Assembly: GCF_009914755.1 (NCBI RefSeq)
Contig: NC_060948.1
Origin: the human T2T-CHM13v2.0 reference genome, Homo sapiens
Length of the DNA stretch: 64,000 bases
Strand: one strand, 5' to 3'
Below the pieces are notes generated by a model, which worked only from the letters and a program-made list of their open reading frames with translations, did no database searches and had not been told where the DNA came from. Positions 24,883 through 39,092 of the stretch are shown here, piece by piece. The translations under genes were made by a program, and so were the position numbers. How positions within the stretch are numbered: the stretch's first letter is position 1; every line of letters starts with the position of its first letter.

Positions 24883-27800
24883 ATGGAATGGGAACGAATG
24901 GAATGGAATGCAAAGGAATGGAATCGAATGGAAAGGAATCGAACGGAAGGGAATGAAATTGAATCAACAGGAATGGAAGGGAATAGAATCGACGGTAATG
25001 GAATGGACTCGAATAGAATGGACACGAATGCTCAAATTGAATGGACTCGAAAGGAATGGAAAGGAAAGGAATGTCATCGAATGGAATTGAATCGATTGGA
25101 ATGAAATCGCATAGAATGGAGTGGAATCAAATGGAATTGAATCGAAAGGAAAGGAAGCGAATGGACTGAAATGAAATGGAATGGAATTGAATGGAAATTA
25201 ATGCAATGGAATAGAATGGAACGAAATTTCACGGAATGGAATCAAACTGAATGGAATCAAATCAATGGAATCTAATCAAATGGAATGGAAAGGAATTGAA
25301 TGGAGTAGATTGGATTGGATGGGATTGGAATGAAATGTACTGGAAAGGACTCGAATTTCATGAAACGGAATGGAATGAATTGGAACGGAATGGACTCGAA
25401 TGGAATGGAATGTCATGGAATGGCATCAAATGGAATGGCATCAAATGGAATGGAATCGAATGCAATGGAATGCTATGGAATGGAATGGAATGCATTGGAA
25501 TGGAATGTCCTCTAATGGAATGGATTCGAGTGGAATGGAATCGAATATAATGGAGTCGAATGAAATGGAATTGAAAGGAATGGGATCGAATACAATGGAA
25601 TATACTGGAATGAAATGTAATGAACTCGAATGTAATTGACTGGAATGGAATGTACATGAATGGAATGTAATCGAATGGAAAGTAATCCAATGGAATAGAA
25701 TCTAATGCAATAAAATCGACTCAAATAGAGTAGAATGTAATGGAATGGAGTGCAGTGCAATGGAATGGAATGGAATGGAATGGAATGGAATGGAATGGGA
25801 TGGAATGGTATGGAATGGATAGTAATGGACTGGAGTGAAATGGACTGGAAAGGAATGGACTCAAATTGAAAGGGCTCGAAAGGAATGGAGTCAAATGGAA
25901 TGGTCTGGAATGGAATGAACACGAATGTAATGCAATCCAATAGAATGGAATCGAATGACATGGAATATAAAGAAATGGAATCGAAGAGAATGGAAACAAA
26001 TGGAATGGAATTGAATGGAATGGAATTGAATGGAATGGGAAAGAATGGAGTGAAATTGTATGCAGTAGAAGAGAATAGAATGGAATGCAAGCGAAAGGAA
26101 AGGAATGGATTGGAATGGAATGGAATTCATTGGAATGGAAGGGAATGTAGTGTAATAGACAGGCCTGGAATAAAGTGGAATGCTACGGTCTCGAATGGAA
26201 TAAAAATGTATGGAATGGAATGCAATGAAACGGAATCGAATGTCATAGAATGTAATGGAATGCAAAAAATGGAATCCAAAGTCATTGACTGGAAAGGCTG
26301 GGTGTCGAAAGGAATTGACTCCAATGGAATGGAATCGAATGGAATGGAAGTGAATAGAATCGAACTAAATCGAATGGAATGGAATTGATAGGAACGGAAT
26401 GGAAAAGAATGCAATGATTTGGCATGGAATGGAATCGAATGGCATCGAATGGAATGGAATGGAATGCAATGGAATGGAATGTGTTAGAATGTAATGAACT
26501 TTAATGGAATGTACTCGAATGGATTCGACTGGAATGGAATGTTCTGGAAGTGAATGGACTCCAATGGAATGGATTCAAAAGGAATGGAATCGTACGGAAT
26601 GGAATCTAATGGAATGGAATTAAATGGAAATGAATCAAATTGAATAGCACGGAATTGAATTGAATGGAATGGAATGCAATGGAATCTAATGAAACGGAAA
26701 GGAAAGGAATGGAATGGAATGGAATGGGCTGGAATGGAAAGGAATCGAAATGAATGGAATGGAATCGAACTGAAGAGACTGGAATGGAATGCACTGGAAT
26801 GGAAGGAAGTGTAATGGAAGGTTCTCGAAAAAAATGGAATCGAATGGAATGGAATTGAATGGAACGGAATAGAGTCGAATGGAATTGAATGGAATGGAAT
26901 GGACTAGAGTGAAATGGAATAGAACCACAAGGAATGGACAGGAATAGAATGGTCTCGAATTGAATGGAATCGTATGGAATGGCATCAAACGGAATGGAAT
27001 GGATAGCCACGGAATGGAATGCACTCGAATGCAATGGAGTCGAAACTAATGGACTGGAATAGAATGGACTCGACTGGTACGGACTCCAATGGAATGGAAT
27101 CGAATGGAAGGGAATCGAATGGAATGGACTCGAAGGGAAAAGACTGCAATGGAAAGGTCTCGAATGGAATGGAAATTAATGGAATGGAATGGAATCGAAT
27201 GAAATGGAGTCAAAAGGAATGGAATCGAATGGCAAGAAATCGAATGTAATGGAATCACAAGGAATTGATGTGAACGGAACGGAATGGAATGGAATCCAAA
27301 GGAATGGAATAGAATGGAATGGAATCGAATGGAAAGGACTCGAATGGAAATCACTCGAATAGAATGCAATTTAATAAAATAGGATCAAATGTAATGGAAT
27401 GGAATGGAAAGGAATCGAAACGAAAGGAATGGAGACAGATGGAATGGAATGGAACAGAGAGCAATGGTATAGAATGGAATGGAATCATCTGGAATGGAAT
27501 TGAATGGTATGGAATAATATGAAATGGAATGGAATGGAATGGAATGGAATGGAATGCCCTTGAATTAAATGGACTGGAATGGAGTGGCCTCGAACAGAGT
27601 GGAATGGAAAGTGTTGAGACAGAATGCAATGGACTCCTTCGGAATGGTGTAGTATGCAATGCAATCGACTGGCAGGGAATCAAAAGGAATGTAATCGAAT
27701 GGATTGGACTGGAATGCAATGGACTCGAATAGATTGGAAACGGAATGCAAAGGAATGGAATGGAATAGTATGGAATGGAATGGAAAGGAATGGAGTGGAA

Positions 27801-28420
27801 TAGACTAGAGTGGAATGGAATGGACTGGAAAGCAATGGACTGGAATGGAACTTTCTTGAATGGACTGGAATCAAACGGAATGGAATGCAATGCAATCAAA
27901 TGGCATGGAATAAAATAGAATGAAAGAGAATCAAATGGAATTGAATCGAATGGAATCGAATGGATTGGAAAGGAATAGAATGGAATGGAATGGAATTGAC
28001 TCGAATGGAATGGACTAGAATGGAATGGATTCGAATGGAAGGCAAAGGAATGGAATCTATTGGAATGGACTGTAATGGAATGGAATGGAAGGGATTGGAA
28101 TGGACTCGAATGGAATGGACTGCAATAGAAAGGATTCGAATGGAATGAAAAAGAATTGAATGGAATAGAACAGAATGGAATCAAATCGAATGAAATGGAA
28201 TGGAATAGAAAGGAATGGAATGAAATGGAATGGAAAGGATTCGAATGGAATGCAATCGAATGGAATGGAATCGAACGGAATGGAATAAAATGGAAGAAAA
28301 CTGGCAAGAAATGGAATCGAAATGAATGGAGTGTTATGGAACGGACTCAAAAGGAATTGAATGTAATAGAATGGAGTGGAGTGGACTCGAATATAATGGA
28401 CTGGAATGGAATGAAATCAC
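24883..28420 (+). repeat. DYZ1 unit 8 (3538 bp)
   Basis: Anchor spacing; sister of unit 7 by shared variants. Confidence 0.92.
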
Positions 28421-31400
28421 ATGGAATGGGAACGAATGGAATGGAATGGAAAGGAATGGAATCGAATGGAAAGGAATCGAATGGAAGGGAATGAAATTGA
28501 ATCAACAGGAATGGAAGGGAATAGAATAGACGGTAATGGAATGGACTCGAATAGAATGGACACGAATGCTCAAATTGAATGGACTCCAATGCAATGGAAA
28601 CGAAAGGAATGTCATCGAATGGAATTGAATCGATTGGAATGAAATCGCAAGAATGGAGTGGAATCAAATGAAATTGAATCGAAAGGAAAGGAAGCGAATG
28701 GACTGAAATGAAATGGAATGGAATTGAATGGAAAGTAATGCAATGGAATAGAATGGAACGAAATTTCACGGAATGGAATCAAACTGAAAGGAATCAAATC
28801 AATGGAATCTAATCAAATGGAATGGAAAGGAATTGAATGGAGTAGATTGGATTGGATGGGATTGGAGTGAAATGTACTGGAAAGGACTCGAATTTCATGA
28901 AACGGAATGGAATGAATTGGAACGGAATGGACTCGAATGGAATGGAATGTCATGGAATGGCATCAAATGGAATGGCATCAAATGGAATGGAATCGAATGC
29001 AATGGAATGCTATGGAATGGAATGGAATGCATTGGAATGGAATGTCCTCTAATGGAATGGATTCGAGTGGAATGGAATCGAATATAATGGAGTCGAATGA
29101 AATGGAATTGAAAGGAATGGGATCGAATACAATGGAATATACTGGAATGTAATGTAATGAACTCGAATGTAATTGACTGGAATGGAATGTACATGAATGG
29201 AATGTAATCGAATGGAAAGTAATCCAATGGAATAGAATCTAATGCAATAAAATCGACTCAGATAGAGTAGAATGTAATGGAATGGAGTGCAGTGGAATGG
29301 AATGGAATGGAATGGAATGCAATGGAATGGAATGGAATGGAATGGGATGGAATGGTATGGAATGGATAGTAATGGACTGGAGTGAAATGGACTGGAAAGG
29401 AATGGACTCAAATTGAAAGGGCTCGAAAGGAATGGAGTCAAATGGAATGGTCTGGAATGGAATGAACACGAATGTAATGCAATCCAATAGAATGGAATCG
29501 AATGGCATGGAATATAAAGAAATGGAATCGAAGAGAATGGAAACAAATGGAATGGAATTGAATGGAATGGAATTGAATGGAATGGGAACGAATGGAGTGA
29601 AATTGTATGCAGTAGAAGAGAATAGAATGGAATGCAAGCGAAAGGAAAGGAATGGATTGGAATGGAATGGAATTCATTGGAATGGAAGGGAATGTAGTGT
29701 AATGGACAGGCCTGGAATAAAGTGGAATGCTACGGTCTCGAATGGAATAAAAATATATGGAATGGAATGCAATGAAACGGAATCGAATGTCATAGAATGT
29801 AATGGAATGCAAAGAAATGGAATCCAAAAACATTGACTGGAAAGGCTGGGTGTCGAAAGGAATTGACTCCAATGGAATGGAATCGAATGGAATGGAAGTG
29901 AATAGAATCGAACTAAATCGAATGGAATGGAATTGATAGGAACGGAATGGAAAGGAATGCAATGATTTGGCATGGAATGGAATCGAATGGCATCGAATGG
30001 AATGGAATGGAATGCAATGGAATGGAATGTATTAGAAAGTAATGAACTTTAATGGAATGTACTCGAATGGATTCGACTGGAATGGAATGTTCTGGAAGTG
30101 AATGGACTCCAATGGAATGGATTCAAAAGGAATGGAATCGTACGGAATGGAATATAATGGAATGGAATTAAATGGAAATGAATCAAATTGAATAGCACGG
30201 AATTGAATTGAATGGAATCGAATGCAATGGAATCTAATGAAACGGAAAGGAAAGGAATGGAATGGAATGGAGTGGGCTGGAATGGAAAGGAATCGAAACA
30301 AATGGAATGGAATCGAACTGAAGAGACTGGAATGGAATGCACTGGAATGGAAGGGAGTGTAATGGAAGGTTCTCGAAAAAAATGGAATCGAATGGAATGG
30401 AATTGAATGGAACGGAATAGAGTCGAATGGAATTGAATGGAATGGAATGGACTAGAGTGAAATGGAATCGAACCACAAGGAATGGACAGGAATAGAATGG
30501 TCTCGAATTGAATGGAATCGTATGGAATGGCATCAAACGGAATGGAATGGACAGCCACGGAATGGAATGCACTCGAATGCAATGGAGTCGAAACTAATGG
30601 ACTGGAATAGAATGGACTCGACTGGTACGGACTCCAATGGAATGGAATCGAATGGAAGGGAATCGAACGGAATGGACTCGAAGGGAAAAGACTGCAATGG
30701 AAAGGTCTCGAATGGAATGGAAATTAATGGAATGGAATGGAATCGAATGAAATGGAGTCAAAAGGAATGGAATCGAATGGCAAGAAATCGAATGTAATGG
30801 AATCGCAAGGAATTGATGTGAATGGAGCGGAATGGAATGGAATCCAAAGGAATGGAATCGAATGGAAAGGACTCGAATGGAAATCACTCGAATAGAATGC
30901 AATTTAATAAAATAGGATCAAATGTAATGGAATGGAATGGAATCGAAACGAAAGGAATGGAGACAGATGGAATGGAATGGAACAGAGAGCAATGGTATAG
31001 AATGGAATGGAATCATCTGGAATGGAATTGAATGGAATGGAATAATATGAAATGGAATGGAATGGAATGGAATGGAATGCCCTTGAATTAAATGGACTGG
31101 AATGGAATGGACTCGAACAGAGTGGAATGGAAAGTGTTGAGATAGAATGGAATGGACTCCTTTGGAATGGTGTAGTATGCAATGCAATCGACTGGCAGGG
31201 AATCAAAAGGAATGTAATGGAATGGATTGGACTGGAATGCAATGGACTCAAATAGATTGGAAACGGAATGCAAAGGAATGGAATGGAATAGGATGGAATG
31301 GAATGGAAAGGAATGGAGTGGAATAGACTAGAGTGGAATGGAATGGACTGGAAAGCAATGGACTGGAATGGAACTTTCTTGAATGGACTGGAATCAAACG

Positions 31401-31953
31401 GAATAGAATGCAATGCAATCAAATGGCATGGAATAAAATAGAATGAAAGAGAATCAAATGGAATTGAATCGAATGGAATCGAATGGATTGGAAAGGAATA
31501 GAATGGAATGGAATGGAATTGACTCAAATGGAATGGATTCGAATGGAATGGATTCGAATGGAAGGCAAAGGAATGGAATCTATTGGAATGGACTGTAATT
31601 GAATGGAATGGAATGGAATGGAAAGGATTGGAATGGACTCGAATGGAATGGACTGCAATAGAAAGGATTCGAATGGAATGAAAAAGAATTGAATGGAATA
31701 GAACAGAATGGAATCAAATCGAATGAAATGGAATGGAATAGAAAGGAATGGAATGAAATGGAATGGAAAGGATTCGAATGGAATGCAATCGAATGGAATG
31801 GAATCGAACAGAATGGAATAAAATGGAAGAAAACTGGCAAGAAATGGAATCGAAATGAATGGAGTGTTATGGAACGGACTCAAAAGGAATTGAATGTAAT
31901 AGAATGGAGTGGAGTGGACTCGAATATAATGGACTGGAATGGAATGAAATCAC
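28421..31953 (+). repeat. DYZ1 unit 9 (3533 bp)
   Basis: Anchor spacing; 1-bp deletion (atcgcaagaat ~28644), 15- and 5-bp deletions (~30850, ~30940), 10-bp gain (~31600). Confidence 0.92.
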
Positions 31954-34900
31954 ATGGAATGGGAACGAATGGAATGGAATGGAAAGGAATGGAATCGAAT
32001 GGAAAGGAATCGAATGGAAGGGAATGAAATTGAATCAACAGGAATGGAAGGGAATAGAATAGACGGTAATGGAATGGACTCGAATAGAATGGACACGAAT
32101 GCTCAAATTGAATGGACTCGAATGGAATGGAAACGAAAGGAATGTCATCGAATGGAATTGAATCGATTGGAATGAAATCGCATAGAATGGAGTGGAATCA
32201 AATGGAATTGAATCGAAAGGAAAGGAAGCGAATGGACTGAAATGAAATGGAATGGAATTGAATGGAAAGTAATGCAATGGAATAGAATGGAACGAAATTT
32301 CACGGAATGGAATCAAACTGAATGGAATCAAATCAATGGAATCTAATCAAATGGAATGGAAAGGAATTGAATGGAGTAGATTGGATTGGATGGGATTGGA
32401 ATGAAATGTACTGGAAAGGACTCGAATTTCATGAAACGGAATGGAATGAATTGGAACGGAATGGACTCGAATGGAATGGAATGTCATGGAATGGCATCAA
32501 ATGGAATGGCATCAAATGGAATGGAATCGAATGCAATGGAATGCTATGGAATGGAATGGAATGCATTGGAATGGAATGTCCTCTAATGGAATGGATTCGA
32601 GTGGAATGGAATCGAATATAATGGAGTCGAATGAAATGGAATTGAAAGGAATGGGATCGAATAGAATGGAATATACTGGAATGTAATGTAATGAACTCGA
32701 ATGTAATTGACTGGAATGGAATGTACATGAATGGAATGTAATCGAATGGAAAGTAATCCAATGGAATAGAATCTAATGTAATAAAATCGACTCAGATAGA
32801 GTAGAATGTAATGGAATGGAGTGCAGTGCAATGGAATGGAATGGAATGGAATGCAATGGAATGGAAGGGAATGGAATGGAATGGAATGGGATGGAATGGT
32901 ATGGAATGGATAGTAATGGACTGGAGTGAAATGGACTGGAAAGGTATGGACTCAAATTGAAAGGGCTCGAAAGGAATGGAGTCAAATGGAATGGTCTGGA
33001 ATGGAATGAACACGAATGTAATGCAATCCAATAGAATGGAATCGAATGGCATGGAATATAAAGAAATGGAATCGAAGAGAATGGAAACAAATGGAATGGA
33101 AGTGAATGGAATGGAATTGAATGGAATGGGAACGAATGGAGTGAAATTGTATGCAGTAGAAGAGAATAGAATGGAATGCAAGCGAAAGGAAAGGAATGGA
33201 TTGGAATGGAATGGAATTCATTGGAATGGAAGGGAATGTAGTGTAATGGACAGTCCTGGAATAAGGTGGAATGCTACGGTCTCGAATGGAATAAAAATGT
33301 ATGGAATGGAATGCAATGAAACGGAATCGAATGTCATAGAATGTAATGGAATGCAAAAAAATGGAATCCAAAATCATTGACTGGAAAGGCTGGGTGTCGA
33401 AAGGAATTGACTCCAATGGAATGGAATCGAATGGAATGGAAGTGAATAGAATCGAACTAAATCGAATGGAATGGAATTGATAGGAACGGAATGGAAAAGA
33501 ATGCAATGATTTGGCATGGAATGGAATCGAATGGCATCGAATGGAATGGAATGGAATGCAATGGAATGGAATGTATTAGAATGTAATGAACTTTAATGGA
33601 ATGTACTCGAATGGATTCGACTGGAATGGAATGTTCTGGAAGTGAATGGACTCCAATGGAATGGATTCAAAAGGAATGGAATCGTACGGAATGGAAACTA
33701 ATGGAATGGAATTAAATGGAAATGAATCAAATTGAATAGCACGGAATTGAATTGAATGGAATCGAATGCAATGGAATCTAATGAAACGGAAAGGAAAGGA
33801 ATGGAATGGAATGGAATGGGCTGGAATGGAACGGAATCGAAACGAATGGAATGGAATCGAACTGAAGAGACTGGAATGGAATGCACTGGAATGGAAGGGA
33901 GTGTAATGGAAGGTTCTCGAAAAAAATGGAATCGAATGGAATGGAATTGAATGGAACGGAATAGAGTCGAATGGAATTGAATGGAATGGAATGGACTAGT
34001 TGTGAAATGGAATCGAACCACAAGGAATGGACAGGAATAGAATGGTCTCGAATTGAATGGAATCGTATGGAATGGCATCAAACGGAATGGAATGGACAGC
34101 CACGGAATGGAATGCACTCGAATGCAATGGAGTCGAAACTAAAGGACTGGAATAGAATGGACTCGACTGGTACGGACTCCAATGGAATGGAATCGAATGG
34201 AAGGGAATCGATCGGAATGGACTCGAAGGGAAAAGACTGCAATGGAAAGGTCTCGAATGGAATGGAAATTAATGGAATGGAATGGAATCGAATGAAATGG
34301 AGTCAAAAGGAATGGAATCGAATGGCAAGAAATCGAATGTAATGGAATCGCAAGGAATTGATGTGAACGGAACGGAAAGGAATGGAATCCAAAGGAATGG
34401 AATAGAATGGAATGGAATCGAATGGAAAGGACTCGAATGGAAATCACTCGAATAGAATGCAACTTAATAAAATAGGATCAAATGTAATGGAATGGAATGG
34501 AAAGGAATCGAATCGAAAGGAATGGAGACAGATGGAATGGAATGGAACAGAGAGCAATGGTATAGAATGGAATGGAATCATCTGGAATGGAATTGAATGG
34601 AATGGAATAATATGAAATTGAATGGAATGGAATGGAATGGAATGCCCTTGAATTAAATGGACTGGAATGGAATGGACTCGAACAGAGTGGAATGGAAAGT
34701 GTTGAAATGGAATGGAATGGACTCCTTTGGAATGGTCTAGTATGCAATGCAATCGACTGGCAGGGAATCAAAAGGAATGTAATGGAATGGGTTGGACTGG
34801 AATGCAATGGACTCGAATAGATTGGAAACGGAATACAAAGGAATGGAATGGAATAGTATGGAATGGAATGGAAAGGAATGGAGTGGAATAGACTAGAGTG

Positions 34901-35508
34901 GAATGGAATGGACTGGAAAGCAATGGACTGGAATGGAACTTTCTTGAATGGACTGGAATCAAACGGAATGGAATGCAATGCAATCAAATGGCATGGAATA
35001 AAATAGAATGAAAGAGAATCAAATGGAATTGAATCGAATGGAATCGAATGGATTGGAAAGGAATAGAATGGAATGGAATGGAATTGACTCAAATGGAATG
35101 GACTAGAATGGAATGGATTCGAATGGAAGGCAAAGGAATGGAATCTATTGGAATGGACTGTAATGGAATGGAATGGAAGGGATTGGAATGGACTCGAATG
35201 GAATGGACTGCAATAGAAAGGATTCGAATGGAATGAAAAAGAATTGAATGGAATAGAACAGAATGGAATCAAATCGAATGAAATGGAATGGAATAGAAAG
35301 GAATGGAATGAAATGGAATGGAAAGGATTCGAATGGAATGCAATCGAATGGAATGGAATCGAACGGAATGGAATAAAATGGAAGAAAACTGGCAAGAAAT
35401 GGAATCGAAATGAATGGAGTGTTATGGAACGGACTCAAAAGGAATTGAATGTAATAGAATGGAGTGGAGTGGACTCGAATATAATGGACTGGAATGGAAT
35501 GAAATCAC
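31954..35508 (+). repeat. DYZ1 unit 10 (3555 bp)
   Basis: Anchor spacing; HaeIII site lost (cagtcc 33251-33256); 1-bp insertion (ggactagttgtg ~33993-34004). Confidence 0.92.
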
Positions 35509-38500
35509 ATGGAATGGGAACGAATGGAATGGAATGGAAAGGAATGGAATCAAATGGAAAGGAATCGAATGGAAGGGAATGAAATTGAATCAACAGGAAT
35601 GGAAGGGAATAGAATAGACGGTAATGGAATGGACTCGAATAGAATGGACACGAATGCTCAAATTGAATGGACTCGAATGGAATGGAAACGAAAGGAATGT
35701 CATCGAATGGAATTGAATCGATTGGAATGAAATCGCATAGAATGGAGTGGAATCAAATGGAATTGAATCGAAAGGAAAGGAAGCGAATGGACTGAAATGA
35801 AATGGAATGGAATTGAATGGAAAGTAATGCAATGGAATAGAATGGAACGAAACTTCACGGAATGGAATCAAACTGAATGGAATCAAGTCAATGGAATCAA
35901 ATCAAATGGAATGGAAAGGAATTGAATGGAGTAGATTGGATTGGATGGGATTGGAATGAAATGTACTGGAAAGGACTCGAATTTCATGAAACCGAATGGA
36001 ATGAATTGGAACGGAATGGACTCGAATGGAATGGAAAGTCATGGAATGGCATCAAATGGAATGGCATCAAATGGAATGGAATCGAATGCAATGGAATGCT
36101 ATGGAATGGAATGGAATGCATTGGAATGGAATGTCCTCTAATGGAATGGATTCGAGTGGAATGGAATCGAATATAATGGAGTCGAATGAAATGGAATTGA
36201 AAGGAGTGGGATCGAATACAATGGAATATACTGGAATGTAATGTAATGAACTCGAATGTAATTGACTGGAATGGAATGTACATGAATGGAATGTAATCGA
36301 ATGGAAAGTAATCCAATGGAATAGAATCTAATGCAATAAAACCGACTCAGATAGAGTAGAATGTAATGGAATGGAGTGCAGTGCAATGGAATGGAATGGA
36401 ATGGAAGGCAATGGAAAGGAATGGAATGGAATGGAATGGAATGGAATGGAATGGAATGGGATGGAATGGGATGGAATGGATAGTAATGGACTGGAGTGAA
36501 ATGGACTGGAAAGGAATGGACTCAAATTGAAAGGGCTCGAAAGGAATGGAGTCAAATGGAATGGTCTGGAATGGAATGAACACGAATGTAATGCAATCCA
36601 ATAGAATGGAATCGAATGGCATGGAATATAAAGAAATGGAATCGAAGAGAATGGAAACAAATGGAATGGAATTGAATGGAATGGAATTGAATGGAATGGG
36701 AACGAATGGAGTGAAATTGTATGCAGTAGAAGGGAATAGAATGGAATGCAAGCGAAAGGAAAGGAATGGATTGGAATGGAATGGAATTCATTGGAATGGA
36801 AGGGAATGTAGTGTAATGGACAGGCCTGGAATAAAGTGGAATGCTACGGTCTCGAATGGAATAAAAATGTATGGAATGGAATGCAATGAAACGGAATCGA
36901 ATGTCATAGAATGTAATGGAATGCAAAAAAATGGAATCCAAAATCATTGACTGGAAAGGCTGGGTGTCGAAAGGAATTGACTCCAATGGAATGGAATCGA
37001 ATGGAATGGAAGTGAATAGAATCGAACTAAATCGAATGGAATGGAATTGATAGGAACGGAATGGAAAGGAATGCAATGATTTGGCATGGAATGGAATCGA
37101 ATGGCATCGAATGGAATGGAATGGAATGCAATGGAATGGAATGTATTAGAATGTAATGAACTTTAATGGAATGTACTCGAATGGATTCGACTGGAATGGA
37201 ATGTTCTGGAAGTGAATGGACTCCAATGGAATGGATTCAAAAGGAATGGAATCGTACGGAATGGAATCTAATGGAATGGAATTAAATGGAAATGAATCAA
37301 ATTGAATAGCACGGAATTGAATTGAATGGAATGGAATGCAATGGAATCTAATGAAACGGAAAGGAAAGGAATGGAATGGAATGGAAAGGGCTGGAATGGA
37401 AAGGAATCGAAACGAATGGAATGGAATCGAACTGAAGAGACTGGAATGGAATGCACTGGAATGGAAGGGAGTGTAATGGAAGGTTCTCGAAAAAAATGGA
37501 ATGGAATGGAATGGAATTGAATGGAACGGAATAGAGTCGAATGGAATTGAATGGAATGGAATGGACTAGAGTGAAATGGAATCGAACCACAAGGAATGGA
37601 CAGGAATAGAATGGTCTCGAATTGAATGGAATCGTATGGAATGGCATCAAACGGAATGGAATGGACAGCCACGGAATGGAATGCACTCGAATGCAATGGA
37701 GTCGAAACTAATGGACTGGAATAGAATGGACTCGACTGGTACGGACTCCAATGGAATGGAATCGAATGGAAGGGAATCGAACGGAATGGACTCGAAGGGA
37801 AAAGACTGCAATGGAAAGGTCTCGAATGGAATGGAAATTAATGGAATGGAATGGAATCGAATGAAATGGAGTCAAAAGGAATGGAATCGAATGGCAAGAA
37901 ATCGAATGTAATGGAATCGCAAGGAATTGATGTGAACGGAACGGAATGGAATGGAATCCAAAGGAATGGAATAGAATGGAATGGAATCGAATGGAAAGGA
38001 CTCGAATGGAAATCACTCGAATAGAATGCAATTTAATAAAATAGGATCAAATGTAATGGAATGAAATGGAAAGGAATCGAAACGAAAGGAATGGAGACAG
38101 ATGGAATGGAATGGAACAGAGAGCAATGGTATAGAATGGAATGGAATCATCTGGAATGGAATTGAATGGAATGGAATAATATGAAATGGAATGGAATGGA
38201 ATGGAATGGAATGCCCTCGAATTAAATGGACTGGAATGGAATGGACTCGAACAGAGTGGAATGGAAAGTGTTGAGATAGAATGGAATGGACTCCTTTGGA
38301 ATGGTGTAGTATGCAATGCAATCGACTGGCAGGGAATCAAAAGGAATGTAATCGAATGGATTGGACTGGAATGCAATGGACTCGAATAGATTGGAAACGG
38401 AATGCAAAGGAATGGAATGGAATAGTATGGAATGGAATGGAAAGGAATGGAGTGGAATAGACTAGAGTGGAATGGAATGGACTGGAAAGCAATGGACTGG

Positions 38501-39092
38501 AATGGAACTTTCTTGAATGGACTGGAATCAAACGGAATGGAATGCAATACAATCAAATGGCATGGAATAAAATAGAATGAAAGAGAATCAAATGGAATTG
38601 AATCGAATGGAATCGAATGGATTGGAAAGGAATAGAATGGAATGGAATGGAATTGACTCAAATGGAATGGACTAGAATGGAATGGATTCGAATGGAAGGC
38701 AAAGGAATGGAATCTATTGGAATGGACTGTAATGGAATGGAATGGAAGGGATTGGAATGGACTCGAATGGAATGGACTGCAATAGAAAGGATTCGAATGG
38801 AATGAAAAAGAATTGAATGGAATAGAACAGAATGGAATCAAATCGAATGAAATGGAATGGAATAGAAAGGAATGGAATGAAATGGAATGGAAAGGATTCG
38901 AATGGAATGCAATCGAATGGAATGAAATCGAATGGAATGGAATCGAACGGAATGGAATAAAATGGAAGAAAACTGGCAAGAAATGGAGTCGAAATGAATG
39001 GAGTGTTATGGAACGGACTCAAAAGGAATTGAATGTAATAGAATGGAGTGGAGTGGACTCGAATATAATGGACTGGAATGGAATGAAATCAC
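35509..39092 (+). repeat. DYZ1 unit 11 (3584 bp)
   Basis: Anchor spacing; 15-bp duplication near 38911-38940. Confidence 0.92.
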
